The notes beneath the pieces are model-generated. The model had not been told where the DNA came from. It made no database searches and worked only from the letters and a program-made list of their open reading frames with translations. A DNA stretch of 64,000 nucleotides from Callorhinchus milii (Eukaryota): NCBI RefSeq assembly GCF_018977255.1, contig NW_024704742.1:64916001-64980000 (forward strand), written 5' to 3'. Position numbers and translations under genes: made by a program. Below, in pieces: positions 48,941 to 61,090 of this stretch (positions are counted from its first letter, which is position 1; each line of letters opens with the position of its first letter).

Positions 48941-49267
48941 TGGAGTCCTGTAGCTCAGTGGTTAGAGCAATCGCTTTGCAAGCGAGAGACCTGAGTTCAA
49001 TTCCAGGCAGAGGGCGAAACCTTGGGCAAGTTTCCTTACTCCACACAGAGCCTAATAATAATCCCTCCAAATCCAAAAACAATAATAAATTGGTCATTTT
49101 CAATCTACGACTGTTTGTGGGACATTTCTGTGCGCAATTGGCTGCCGCGTTCACCCACAAATATACAGTCAATTCACTTTACAGTGTGTTCTGTGAAGCG
49201 CTTTGGGACGTCCTCCCGACGTGAAAAGCGCTATATCAAATGCAAGGATTATTATTATTATTATTAT
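48941..49267 (+). mobile_element. Young full-length tRNA-headed SINE with L2-type tail and (ATT)n end; type copy of the dominant family (more than 30 copies or fragments in the window)
   Basis: A box TAGCTCAGTGG; TGC anticodon-like loop; B box GAGTTCAATTCC; tail gggacgtcctcccgacgtgaaaagcgctatatcaaatgcaagg(att)n. Confidence 0.92.
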
Positions 49268-50570
49268 AACATGTAACATACACAAAAAAAATCCAAAAAC
49301 ATTAATCATAACAAGAACAATTAACACTTACAACCGTGGTGTTCGTGGAAGTGGGTTCCATTTCTTAGCACTGCAAAATTCATGTATTGTAACTCCAAGT
49401 GCCTCAAGTCAAAGTCCCTCACTTCCTTATTCTCACTTCACTTTAAGGAAGATAATAAGGGCTGATACATCTAGCTTCGTTGCCTATTAACCCATTGACT
49501 CCCACAAGCTCTGACATCCAACCTACCTGGCTGGTCATTCAAACTCACTGAACCATTGTGCAACCTTCGTGTCAGGTTAGATCCTCACTTTTTCTGTCTC
49601 ACATCGTTTTTTCTTGCTTTCCCAAACTCGATTTTACCGCCAAATGCCACCAAACCCATATCCATCAAACCTTTGTTACCTCCTGCCTGGGCTTCTCAAA
49701 TGCACTCCTCATTTTTCTCCCCAGCTCCACCATCCAGAAACTACAACTTATTCAAAACTCTGCCACCTGAAACCTCACACACATCAAATAACACACATCC
49801 ATCACCCTAGTTCTCACCAGGCTCTGCTGGCAACCTAAGGATCGATTTCAAGGCTCTCACTCTCACTTATAAATCCCTTCATGCAGTAGGACCTACCCAT
49901 CTCTCTGAGCTCACCCCTCCACTTGGCTAACTCAGACTTGTTGCATGTAACAGAGGCGTGTGGAGTAAGGAAACTTGCCCGAGGTTTCACCCTGCCCGGG
50001 AATCAAACCCAAGTACGATTGCTTGCGAGATGAGTGCTCTAACCTCTTAGCTCTAAGACTCCACTGATAACATTCATTGATGTTATAAATTAACAGAGAT
50101 TGCCAACTATTTTACTGATAAGGAATACATCACACCTAGGTCATAATTTACACCTCTTTACATGCAGTACCTTTGAAACCACTTTGCCTTGTTAGTTATG
50201 GAGTAAACACTGGGTAAACTTCCACATGCATGGGGATGACACACAAATCTACTTGGTCTCCTCCAGCATCAACTCCAGGCCTGTTGCTGTTCTATCTGCT
50301 TGTCTGGCAGACATTAGGGCCTGGGTGAGTGCAAACTGCAGCTGAATATAGACACGATGGAAGCCATACTCTTTGGCTCCCGTCAATGTCTTCACTCCTG
50401 CGGATCTAAACTCCTCAACCTCCCTGGTCTCTCCCTCAGACTCACCAAACCAGTGTGCCTGAGTACCGAGGGTCAAAGATAAGCACAGGTGTGCTGGGCA
50501 TGGGAGCTGTATTATACATACCTTGGCTCACGTTCTATCCTGTGTTCTTTTACAAAACCATAAACCATTG

Positions 50571-50887
50571 TGGAGTCCTGTAGCTCAGTGGTTAGAGCAC
50601 TCGCTTTGCAAGCGAGAGACCTGAGTTCAATTCCAGGCAGCACGAAACCTTGGGCAAGTTTCCTCACTCCACACGCCTAATAATAATCCCTCCAAAACAA
50701 AAAACAATAATAAATTGGTCATTTTCAATCTACGACTGTTTGTGGGACATTGCTGTGCGCAATTGGCTGCCGCGTTTGCCCACAAATATACAGTCAATTC
50801 ACTTTACAGTGTGTTCTGTGAAGCACTTTGGGACGTCCTCCCGACGTGAAAAGCGCTATATCAAATGCAAGGATTATTATTATTATT
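50571..50887 (+). mobile_element. Young full-length SINE copy
   Basis: Near-identical to the type copy. Confidence 0.9.
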
Positions 50888-51329
50888 AAACAAAAGTGAC
50901 TGGATACACAGCCCCCTCACTACCTGACAGAGGCAGTCTCTCAAAGAAACATTGATGCCTTAAAAGTGCTAACAATTCAGCCACTCGGCTCTCTGGGTTT
51001 TTCTCCCCCAAATCCCCTTGCTTTGGCACTTCTTGGTCTGCCTTCAAAACCCTTTAAAAAAAAGTGCTATAAAGATGCAGGTTATTGCTGTTGGCAGCCT
51101 CTGTCTCTGCCTTCAAAACACACATGTATGTACACATGCTCACACAAACACAACACTGCACATGAGTCAGACCAATCATACACTTCCATTAGATTGCAAT
51201 TTTGACATCCTTGTCTAAAAATGATGATTTCATACTTTAACCATCACCGATAACAAGCCGTGCATTTGATATACTGTAGTGTCTTTTCACGTGGTCAAGC
51301 TGTCTCAAAACGCTTCACAGCAACAAAAT

Positions 51330-51712
51330 GCACTTACATAGCGCCTTTCATGTCACACTGTAACGTATAGTAACTTTGTGTTTTGTAGAAGAACATGACA
51401 GAAGATTTTGCACACAGCAATGACCCACAACAACCACAAAGTGAATGATCAGTTTTATCTGGTGGATTTTTAACCAGGACACTGGGGAGAAATTTCCTTC
51501 TATTTTTAAACACTGTAGTGCATGGGATCTTTATCACCCGATCTGAATGGGGGTACAGCATCCCGAGGTCATGGGTCATCTGAAAAATGCCATCTCTGCA
51601 GTGCTGTGCTTGAGTAGAGGGTCAACTAAGATGAATAGTTCAAAATTTCGATGTGGAAGCTTGAACCCATAACCGTCTGACTCGGAGGCTAGAGTGTTGC
51701 CAACTGAGCCTG
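51330..51712 (-). mobile_element. Diverged DeuSINE copy
   Basis: catgggatcttta core; head gcttgaacccataacc..ctgactcggagg. Confidence 0.62.
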
Positions 51713-51714
51713 TA

Positions 51715-52045
51715 CAGGGTGACCACAAAGTCCTGTTATCCCCATTTTTTTACACCGTCACTGACCAACAACTGAAACATGTGGATGAATGACGATAATA
51801 ATTTTAAAATACTTAATTGTATTCAGTACAACTGTTTAACTGTATTTAGACATCCAGAGGATCGGTGTATGTGAGCCCCATCATTTTCATGGCAGATAAT
51901 AATCCGTCATCCTGTTCGGTGTGACATCTCCTGTAACATGGATGAAGTGACAGAGAGAAATATAGCTCTGACGCTTGTTTCAGCTCCTCCGTAGTCTCAT
52001 ATCACTGTTTTGTAATGGGGGTAACAGGACTTTGTGGATACCCTG
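51715..52045 (-). mobile_element. Tc1/mariner non-autonomous element (MITE) with TA target duplication
   Basis: TA|cagggtgaccacaaagtcctgtta ... taacaggactttgtggataccctg|TA; minus strand retains a transposase C-terminus-like remnant (EELKQA..SMLQEM..ICHENDGAH). Confidence 0.85.
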
Positions 52046-52583
52046 TACAGTTGATGTACGTTGTAGCTCCTATACACTATTAGCAAGATCATGTGGAATG
52101 TACTTTACAGAGTCCTGTTTACTGTTGGTGATATTCTACCCACAATGAATGGGTTTTACAATCAACCCATTAACACCTGTCATCATCTATTTTGAATCTA
52201 AATTCCTCCCGTCTCAGGCAAATCAATGTCTCTGTTATTCACAAGTCTCTTTCTCTCTCCCCGCCCCCACCCCTCAGTCAATAATGAATACTGTAATTCA
52301 CATAGTTCTTGATCCTACTCACAATGAAGATCTTATCCTGCATGAGTCTGCCGCACAAGTAATGTTTGCCAGGTTTTTGTTTGCACCCTTGATAGCCTGT
52401 TCTCCTTCTCTCACACTGCACGCAATGGGAATTAGATGTTGTAATACAGCAGCCTATTCATTCTCACTTTCAATCAATCGGTCCAAAACAAGGAAGAAAC
52501 TGCAAGCAGGGGTTTTACTCATTGTTGGCCTCAGGACTGTGCTTGAATCAGTGTTCCTGATAGTGACACAGCTGAAATACCCC

Positions 52584-53827
52584 TGTTAGAATATACACTT
52601 TTTGTATACTGCTAGAATCATAATAGATGTTGTGAATGGGTTAAATTTTAAGTTAAGTGTGGGGGGCAACTGGACTGACAGTCATGGGATAGGACACATC
52701 TGGTTTTCTCTGTTTTTGAAAGAATAACAGGACAGCTTTGGAAAAGGGCAGAGGGTCACCTCCTATCAGTAAGTAACAACAACAAGCCTACAAAGGTAAT
52801 GGTCCAAGGTACCGGTCGACACAGGATCTCGACTTAGCAATAAGTCGCTAGATTCTGACAGGGCCTGCCAAGCGACAGAAGGCAACCCTCAAGAATAGCA
52901 ACTAATGAGCAAATTGCTTAAACTAGAGTACCTTGGTACCATCCCGGGATACTGATAAGAAATAACCAGTCACTTAAAAGGAATCTACTAATGATCCCAC
53001 ACCACAAAATAATGAGCACCAGATACAGCCATAAACTGATCAATCCGCTATCTTAGACAATTAGATCAGATAACAGGGGTCTTAAGGACAATGTGTGTGT
53101 GTGCTGAGGCACGTACACCCCATGAGGTGTTCACGTGAACCCAGCATGATTTCGGCAGGTGGTCTAATGTCCGCACCATGATTGGACGAACATCGGTATA
53201 AGAGTTCCATTAACTTTGTGAACGGGGCCGTCCCGGGTCGCGGAGACAAGGGTACGGGAGATGGGGCCGTCCCGGGTCGCGGAGACAAGGGTACGGGAGA
53301 TGGGGCCGTCCCGGGTCGCGGAGACAAGGGTACGGGAGATGGAAGACTGAGAGCTAGAAACACTAAGACTGAGGATATCAGATGGAAGATTGAAAGCTGT
53401 AAGCAAGAAGACTGAAAGCATGAAGAATCAAGCTTGTGTGCTGTAAAGACACAGTGTTGAACTCGAGATATCTACGTTGGTATTGTTCTGTTATACGATC
53501 TGTTGAATGTACCGGCCTTTCTGACCCATCGGGATATTGGGGAATAACGAACGAATAATAATAAAACAGTCTGATATCTGGTTGCAAACGGATTATGGCT
53601 GGTTTTATTTTCTAACAGGTTTGGCGTAGTCGGCAGGATACTCTAAATTAATACACTCAGCAGTTGACGTGTTTATGAGTCTGGTACGACCGTAACTAGT
53701 AGATAGTTGGGACGATGGCCGTGCCTGCGGGCAATTAACCGAGTGTTAAAAACCCATTGGGATTTTGAGTATTAAAGAACCAATATAATCCATTCGAGCG
53801 AGTGTCTCTTATTTGGATTTTCTAACA
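52584..53827 (+). mobile_element. LTR retroelement relic: about 1034-bp LTR (52584-53617), tRNA-Ser PBS (53622-53639), short leader, second att end
   Basis: TGTTAGAA...TTCTAACA inverted termini; ATTGG 53181; TATAAGA 53197; AATAAA 53560; PBS TGGCGTAGTCGGCAGGAT; CCCC on both outer flanks. Confidence 0.88.
53224..53340 (+). repeat. Perfect 3 x 39-bp GC/CpG-rich tandem repeat inside the LTR
   Basis: Unit ggggccgtcccgggtcgcggagacaagggtacgggagat. Confidence 0.97.
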
Positions 53828-56575
53828 CCCCCACTTAGATATATTTACTGGCTCATTGCTCTCTGCTCCTGGTCCGGCCTCCTCTTGCTGAGGTATGGTT
53901 CTACAAGTGCTGGTTTATCTCCTGTACCCTGTCCAAGTGGCCATTATTCACGTGTAAAATAAGCCTTGGCAGTGATTCAACCTACAACTGTAGCCTACAA
54001 CCTACAACTGTAGAAGGCATCACAGCTGAGCCTGTACTCTCTCCATCCGACTGCTACACACACACACAAACAAATGCTTCTTTCAAGATTCTTCCTCATC
54101 CTTACTTTTGCCAAATGCTCTTTGCTAAAAGACAGATTCTCCCCCTGTTAATTTTCTAAATTGCTCTTCACAGATTTCAATAATGTAGGTTGAATTAATT
54201 TATTTATTGAATTTATTTAATAATTTATCTTTTGAGAGTACAGGGGTTAATACTCATAGCACTTCTAAAGAGAAGGCAGTTGAGTGGAACGAGAGGCCAC
54301 TGAAACATTTTCTACAACTTTGTGGGTCTTCATTATTACAAGGCTGGTATCTGACAACATCCAAACGGTCAAGACACTGAGCAAAAGTTCCTTTTTTTTG
54401 TTATTTTAAATAAAGTTTTGGGATGATAATAATACTTGATTTCATATAATACTTTCTCACTTCGTTCAAATGTCTCAAAGTGCTTCACAGAATATATTGT
54501 AAAGTGAATTGACTGTATATTTTGTGGGCGAAACACGGTAGCCAATTGTCCTACAAACAGTCGTGGATTGAGTGACCAAATTATTATAATATTTCTTTAG
54601 GGTCCATCTGAAAACAAGCAAGCAAGAGCTCATCTGAAGGGCAGCACCTCTGGTAACGCAGTGCAACTCTATCTTCTTCCTTGAAAAGTCTTGAACCACC
54701 AATTGTTTGAGCTAGAGGTTAGAATACCACCAACTGAGCCACTAAAAGCCATCACCAAGAGAAACCCTCTGTTCTGATTATCGTACTTCCTTTTTGTTTT
54801 ATAAACCTACCATTTTAAAAACTTTCTGAAGCTTTCAATAGATATCACGGTCTCAAAACATTATTGGAAATGACACCCACTGTATAATAATAGATATGGA
54901 AATAGAACACGGGAGTGATGAAGCAATCGTTAACCTAATGATGTAATGTCACCAAAATAATAAGTGCTATGGGACTCTAGCGTGTGTGAGGGGTACTATA
55001 TAAATGCAAGTTGTTGCAGTTGTTGTTGTAGCCCCCTCCCACCTATCACTCGATGTCCAACCCTGCTAACGTCGTTGAAATGCATCCCAAGCACTTCACA
55101 GAATACAATGTAAAGTGAATTGACTGTATATTTTGTGAGTAAAATTTTATCTGGGGGACTGTTGACCAAAATAATGGGAGAAACTAATTTCTTTGAGTTG
55201 TGGGATCTGTTACGTCCTCCTCAAAGACAGATGGAATCTCGGTTTAATGTCTCATCCACAGGATGGTACCTCCGACAATGCAGAGCTCCACCACTGGAGC
55301 AACAGCCTAAACTGAGTTCAGGGTCTCAATGTGGGAATATTACATAATCCATTAAATCAGGTGACGAGGATAAAGCCAAAACATTTTGGCAACCAACGAT
55401 GGAAGTAAAAAGCCAATGAGAAACTTATTGATCTGTTAGCTAACATGTACATTTCCGTCAACTGTTCTCTTCCTCACTTCTCCCTCCTCCCGAATGCTGA
55501 GGAAGCTACTAAAGGAAATCATTAACCAGATCAACTGCCTCTCAGATACGCCAAGGCAGCAGAAGAGGACATCAGGGTCCTAAAAGGTGACTTGAGAACA
55601 GAGAGCAGGAATTATTCCTAGACTTGAGTGAGCTTTTCCAGACACCATTATTTTTAACACAGAAAGTCATCCCACTGTCCCATCACTGGTAGCTGAGTCT
55701 TCAGGTGCTATGTTGCTTCCCTCTGGAACCAATTTGCAAAATCTCTTTACCTTGCTTTCCTTTCCTGCCGCCTTCAAACCCCCAATTACAACACACAAGG
55801 TCAAAATTGCGATATTCCTAAACACATCCCGCTTCTTATTGACGTTGCTGAAATGTATTGTGAAATTCCTCTCTCCTGAATAATGGTAGCTCCCAGAGCC
55901 AGCAGTGTTTAAACGCTCTGCGGCCCTACCCTTTGTGAGGGGCGCTATATAAATACAAGTTGTTGTTGTTATTTTCTACACTGAGAGCCGATCGCTTTGA
56001 TTCTCCGTCTCATGGCGTCATGATCGTTTGAAGTAGGACTTGCTTTAGCCTCAAGCATCATGGGATTTTGAATTACTTAATTCAACCTGTGGCCCAAGGG
56101 CCGGAAGTGGCTTAGGGGCTGTCAAGAATCGCCCTTCCCCCCTCCCCCACCCCGAACATTCACATGAGCCTGGGTTAAGTCCGTGTTTGATTGGTAGTGT
56201 GCCTTCAGTTTTTTCTTGAATGAATATTTCTTGATTTAGGGCATAAATCAAAAAATATTCAGTCAAGAAAATTTATTTTGTTGGCCGACCATAAAGGTTG
56301 GCCACCACTGACTTCATTCATTGCTCTGTAGAGGGAGATTGAGAGACAGTGTTTTTCAATCCAAAATGTAAATTTGTTTTTGGTAGTTAATCTCAACGAA
56401 CTGTCCAGTGCAGAGTTCACAGCACACGCATGGGGAGGAGAGGTGGGCAGCCACCGTTGCGTTAAATAAATGCAAGTTGTTGTTGTTGCTGTTGTGGAGT
56501 ACTGTAGGGTATTGGTTAATGCACTCGCTTCACAAGCAAGAGGACGCGGGTTCGATTCCCGGGCAGGGCAGGGCA

Positions 56576-57090
56576 GGTGGATGGTGATGCTGTCAGTGCC
56601 TGAGGTGTGGAGGCGCTGACAGGAGCCAATCAGGAGAGCCTCGGTCTTGTTGACGTTCAACTGAAGAAAGTGAGCTCTCATCCGGGACTTGATGTCTGAC
56701 AGATATTCTGTCAGGACAGCAGTAGTCCTGGAGTCCAGGGTGGAGGCAGAGAGTTAGAGTTGGGTGTCATCCGCATACATGTGGAAATTGACCCCATCTC
56801 TGCAGATGATGTCACCGAGAGGGAGCATATAGATATTGAGGAGGAGGGGACCAAGGACACAGCCCTGAGGAACGCCGCACAAGATGGTCCAGGGCTAGAG
56901 GAGAAACCGTTTGTGGAGGTGAAGTGCAAGCGGTGTGAACTAGGCTTATATTAATGAAATAACAACAACAACAACTTGGATTTATATAGCACCCTCAACG
57001 CCGGACGGCGTCTCAGAGCGCTTTACAGTAACGGATCCCGAGACCGGGGGGAGGGGGAGGAAGGTGACCAAAGACCCGGTCAAAAAGAAA
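56576..57090 (-). mobile_element. L2 RT fragment (56576-56930) and a separate L2 3' tail (about 56960-57090)
   Basis: Minus strand encodes the [14 protein letters not shown] region; (CAA)n tail on +. Confidence 0.82.
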
Positions 57091-57957
57091 GGAAATAGGC
57101 TTTTATTACTCAGTGTAGGAAAACCTGGTGTGTGTGGGGGGGGGGGGGGTGGGAAAGAGGTTAAATAGTGGGTATATATGGAAGTTCATCAATATTGTGA
57201 ATTGTTTTTGCTAGATTACCATAAGGGAAAACAGAATGTCAGAACAGAGCAAGGCTGTGTCAGTGAATGGGTGGGTGAGCGGGAAGAGTCCAAAGCAGGA
57301 TATATGTTTTTTTTGAACAGGTTGTGCACAAAGCAGGCTTGACTATCCACCTCATTCCATGTGTTATTACAGCACAAATCAATAAACATTTACAATAGAA
57401 ACAATGTTCTATAAATATTATATAATATACTTTATATAAATATAAAGTGTATTATAAACAAGTCACAGTGACTTGCATGTTGGAAGGATGTCTCAAAGCA
57501 CTCAACACTGCAAGTCAGGGACCCGAGCTTGTGTGTGGGTATGTGTGTGTGTGTGTGGGGGGGGGGGGTGGGGGTGGGGTTTGGGGTGGGGGAGGCATTA
57601 ATATTTAGGCTAATATTCTGTATCGCAATGACACAAAGCTGCCAATCAGCCATTAAAAGTAACTCAGCACCACTTGCTTGTTTGTTTTTTAAAAATGAGA
57701 TCTGCAGATGCCTCAAGTAATTTTTTTTTAAAATGAGTTTCTTTCGCCCAGTTCTGAGTTTGGAACAGTCTGACAGCAAGAGGATATTGGTCAATTTGTT
57801 ACGAAGATAGAGATGCTATAAAAAGAGCTGTTGGCTTCTGCTTCCTGCTGTTGCAGGCTTTTCTCTTGAAGCACTGCCACTGCACTAATTTTACACACAC
57901 TTACCACACTGCTGCTTTTATTTAATATACTGAATATTCCCACCATCCCTTCTGGGC

Positions 57958-58432
57958 TACAACAACAAATTGCATTTATATAGTGCCCTTCACGCAGGGT
58001 AGCATCCCAGAGCGCTTGACAACGCTGAGCCGAGTGGAGGGAGGTGACCAAACACGGTCGAAGAGGATGGCTTTCAGGCGTGACCTGAAGATAGGGAAGA
58101 AAGAGGACAAGGCGGAGAGATAGATGAAGAGTGTTCCAGAGTTTCAGGGCGTAGTGGCTGAAAGCTTGTTGACAAGCAGGAGGCCAGAGTGAGTCGAACG
58201 GAGACAGTGGGTAATGGATTGGGGAGTAAGCAGGTGGAGAGATAGAGAGGTGTCAGCGAATTAAGGGATTCGAAGACGAGTGTGAGGATTGCAAAATTGA
58301 GCTGTTTGGTGATAGGGAGTCAGTGGAGCCTGGCTAGGACTGGAGTGATGAAGGTACAGAGTTTAGTAAGGGTGAGTATGTGGGTAGCAGAGTTTGGGAT
58401 TAACTGGATTTTGTGGATAGTGGAGCTGTGGA
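57958..58432 (-). mobile_element. Degenerate L2 3' fragment
   Basis: HKIQLIPNSATHILT...ITPVLARLH; L2-type tail at 57958-58020. Confidence 0.72.
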
Positions 58433-59682
58433 AACAACAATAAATTGCATTTATATAGCAATGGTAATTTATATCCACCATTTCCAGTGCAGGTGTTAGG
58501 TCTATAACGATGTTGGACCATAACGGAAAGATCACTCCTTTTTTCGTTTCTTTGGGTTTAATTTTTGAATCCCGTTTAATATTTCGTACACCTTACAGGT
58601 CCCCTGATTCATCTTGGCTCAAGACTGACTTGTACAAACCCGAATGCCTTCACTATCATAAACTGTCTCGGTGTAATCAAAACAACAATAACAGCTAGCA
58701 TTTATATGGCATCGTTCAAATAGGGTAAGGTCTCAGAACTCTTAACAGTGGCAGAGCCTGACCCCGAGCCAGTGGGAATTAATCATAATCAAGGTTGAAC
58801 AGAAAGGTCTTCATGCATGATCTGAAAAAAACATAACCTCCAAACAGGGAAGGGAGGGGGTGAATACATTTCTCATATGCACATTTACAATATCACTAAA
58901 ACAGAAACGGTTTGCCCATAGTTAGATCTTGCGCATTCACTAAGATTGCAACTCACCCTGTACTCAGTACTAAAACGTCAATTGTCTGCCCTTGTGGAGC
59001 ACAACCAGGGACCAGGGCTTGTGATGTGGTCACTCGTGAGCTATCTGCTGGGGCTCACTGATGCAGATTTCCGTCTGACATGCTCACTGCTCTCTGTGAT
59101 GACAAACGTTCTCTGCACCTCAGGCAAAAACCACATTGGACATGAGTGAAACTGTTTTATTGTTGCTTCCCCCTGCTTATCGTAATTTTGGGGAGGAGCT
59201 GGCTAACTGAAAGTGAGAATGTCAAGAATGCTACGCGACTATATTTCCCCTAAATCACAGCACATTTTCCAAGCTATGTATTTCCTTACTTATTTGTTCC
59301 ATTATTTTTTATGACAACCATTCTTCCTCATTTTACCACTCCTGATGCGAAACTGCAGGTCCTTGCTTCAGATGCTAATTTGCTTCTGGTTCCCTGCACA
59401 AGTAGCCAAGGTTTACATAATAATAATAATCCTTGCATTTGATATAGTGCCTTATCATGTCTTCGAGACGTCTCAAAGCACTTCACAGAATATACTGTAC
59501 AGTGAATTGAGTATATTTTGTGGGAGAAACGCGGCAGCCTATTGCACACAGCAGTGCCCCACAAACAATCGTGGATTGAGTGACCAAATTATTATTGGTT
59601 GTTTTTTTGAAGGGATTATTATCACCAGAAGCAATCCGCTAATCGACCAACAACCGGATTCCTAATTGTAAGGAAGGCATAC

Positions 59683-60225
59683 CTCTGTCCCCTCGACCTT
59701 TCTGCTGCCTTTGACACTGTGGACCACTCTATCCTCCTCCACCACCTCTCCTCTCACCTTAACCTTCAAGGTTCTGTCCTTGAATGGTTCAGATCCTATC
59801 TCTCAAAGCGACCCCACTTTGTCTCCTCCAGTCCCTGCACAGTCTCGTGCGGTATTACTCAGGGCTCTGTCCTTGGTGCTCTCCTCTTCAACCTGTACAT
59901 GCTCCCTCTTGGTTACGTCACCCACAGACATGGGGTCATGTATGCAGATGACAACCAAACCTACCTCTGCTTCCACCCTCGACTCCAGAACAACTGATAT
60001 CCTGACAGAATGCTGTCAGACTGGATGAGAGCCAACTTTCTAGAGTTGAATATCAGCTGACCTAGGCCATCGTCGGTCATGTCTTCAGCCTCTCTGCCCC
60101 CACCCTCTGGAACTCCATCCCACAGTCCCTTCGCCTTGCTCCCTCCCTTGCTTCCTTCAAGGCATGCCTCAAGACCTTCCTCTTCGACCATGCCTCCGGC
60201 CATCCTCTCTCCCCTCCACCCTACT
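59683..60225 (+). mobile_element. Internally deleted L2 RT fragment
   Basis: [28 protein letters not shown]. Confidence 0.8.
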
Positions 60226-60825
60226 ATTGGGGCTATTTGAAAACAGAAGGGAGTTTCTCTCTTCCAGTGTCCTTGCTAACAAATCCCCCAAATAAAATTG
60301 GTCACTCATTCCATGGCCGTTTGTGGGACATTGCTGTGTGCAACTGCCAATTGAGCACTGCAGTGTCCCACAAACAATAAAGGATTGAGTGACCAAATTA
60401 TTATTTTTTAAAAACTTTTTTAAAGGGTTCACCACAAAATACAGTCAATTCACTTTACAGTATATTCTGTGAAGCGCTTTGAGATCTCTGAATGACATGA
60501 TAAGGCATTATACAAATATTATTATTATTATTGATCATCCAGTCCCTACGTCATGGTGCTCCTTTTAAAAAAACAACGAGAATCTCAACCATATCCTTGA
60601 TGAACATAGGATGTTACCTTAAATGCTTTGCTGTATTTGCGAGCAATTCCTGAGTTTCACGTTACAACATACAATGTTAGCGTGTGACATACTAGTAACA
60701 ATGAGCAAATGGTGAAGTTATTTAAAACAAATAGACTGACAAGGGATGTGCCAGTTGTGAAGAGGCTGATAGAGTGAAGGAAAGGTTGGCAGAGAAATGT
60801 TGCAGAAAGCAGGGCATAACGTTAC

Positions 60826-61090
60826 CTGAAGGGTCGAGCTAATTGTGAAGACAGTTGTACCTTTGTGACTATTTCTGGCTCAGCTTTGGTTTGTTTGCAC
60901 GTCAGACCTCAAGGCTTCTTATTATGAACGTGTCAGTGGGTTTTTCAAGCCCAAGTTCCTGAAACATCCAGGAACTGAAAAGGAGCTTCAATTGCAGCAG
61001 CAAAATACTTCAATCTTTTTTTATATCCTGGCAAATCCCCAAACAGTCAGCAAGCAAAACAGGTTTATTTCCGTGACGCTCACTTAAAGC
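60826..61090 (-). promoter_or_regulatory. Candidate TATA promoter and non-coding first exon for SH3BP2
   Basis: TATAAAA at 61025-61019 on minus; donor CAG|gtaacg at 60826/60825 about 170 nt after the expected TSS; repeat-free island; motif evidence only. Confidence 0.25.

Noticed and set aside
48941..49015. tRNA-Ala(TGC)-like gene
   Set aside because: It is the SINE head: there is no proper acceptor stem, it runs into the SINE body, and it is repeated in many copies.
53224..53340. CRISPR-like array or repeat-protein ORF (53082-53363, 53182-53415)
   Set aside because: The units are contiguous with no spacers, there are no cas genes, the context is eukaryotic, and the ORFs are by-products of a 39-bp (3n) repeat in an LTR.
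55751..55900. Phase-0 donor (AAG|gtaaag) with an open frame ending ...RNIAILTLCVVIGGLKAAGKESK that could precede the 46273 exon
   Set aside because: No in-frame ATG, no clear acceptor, and the frame runs into an L2 tail.
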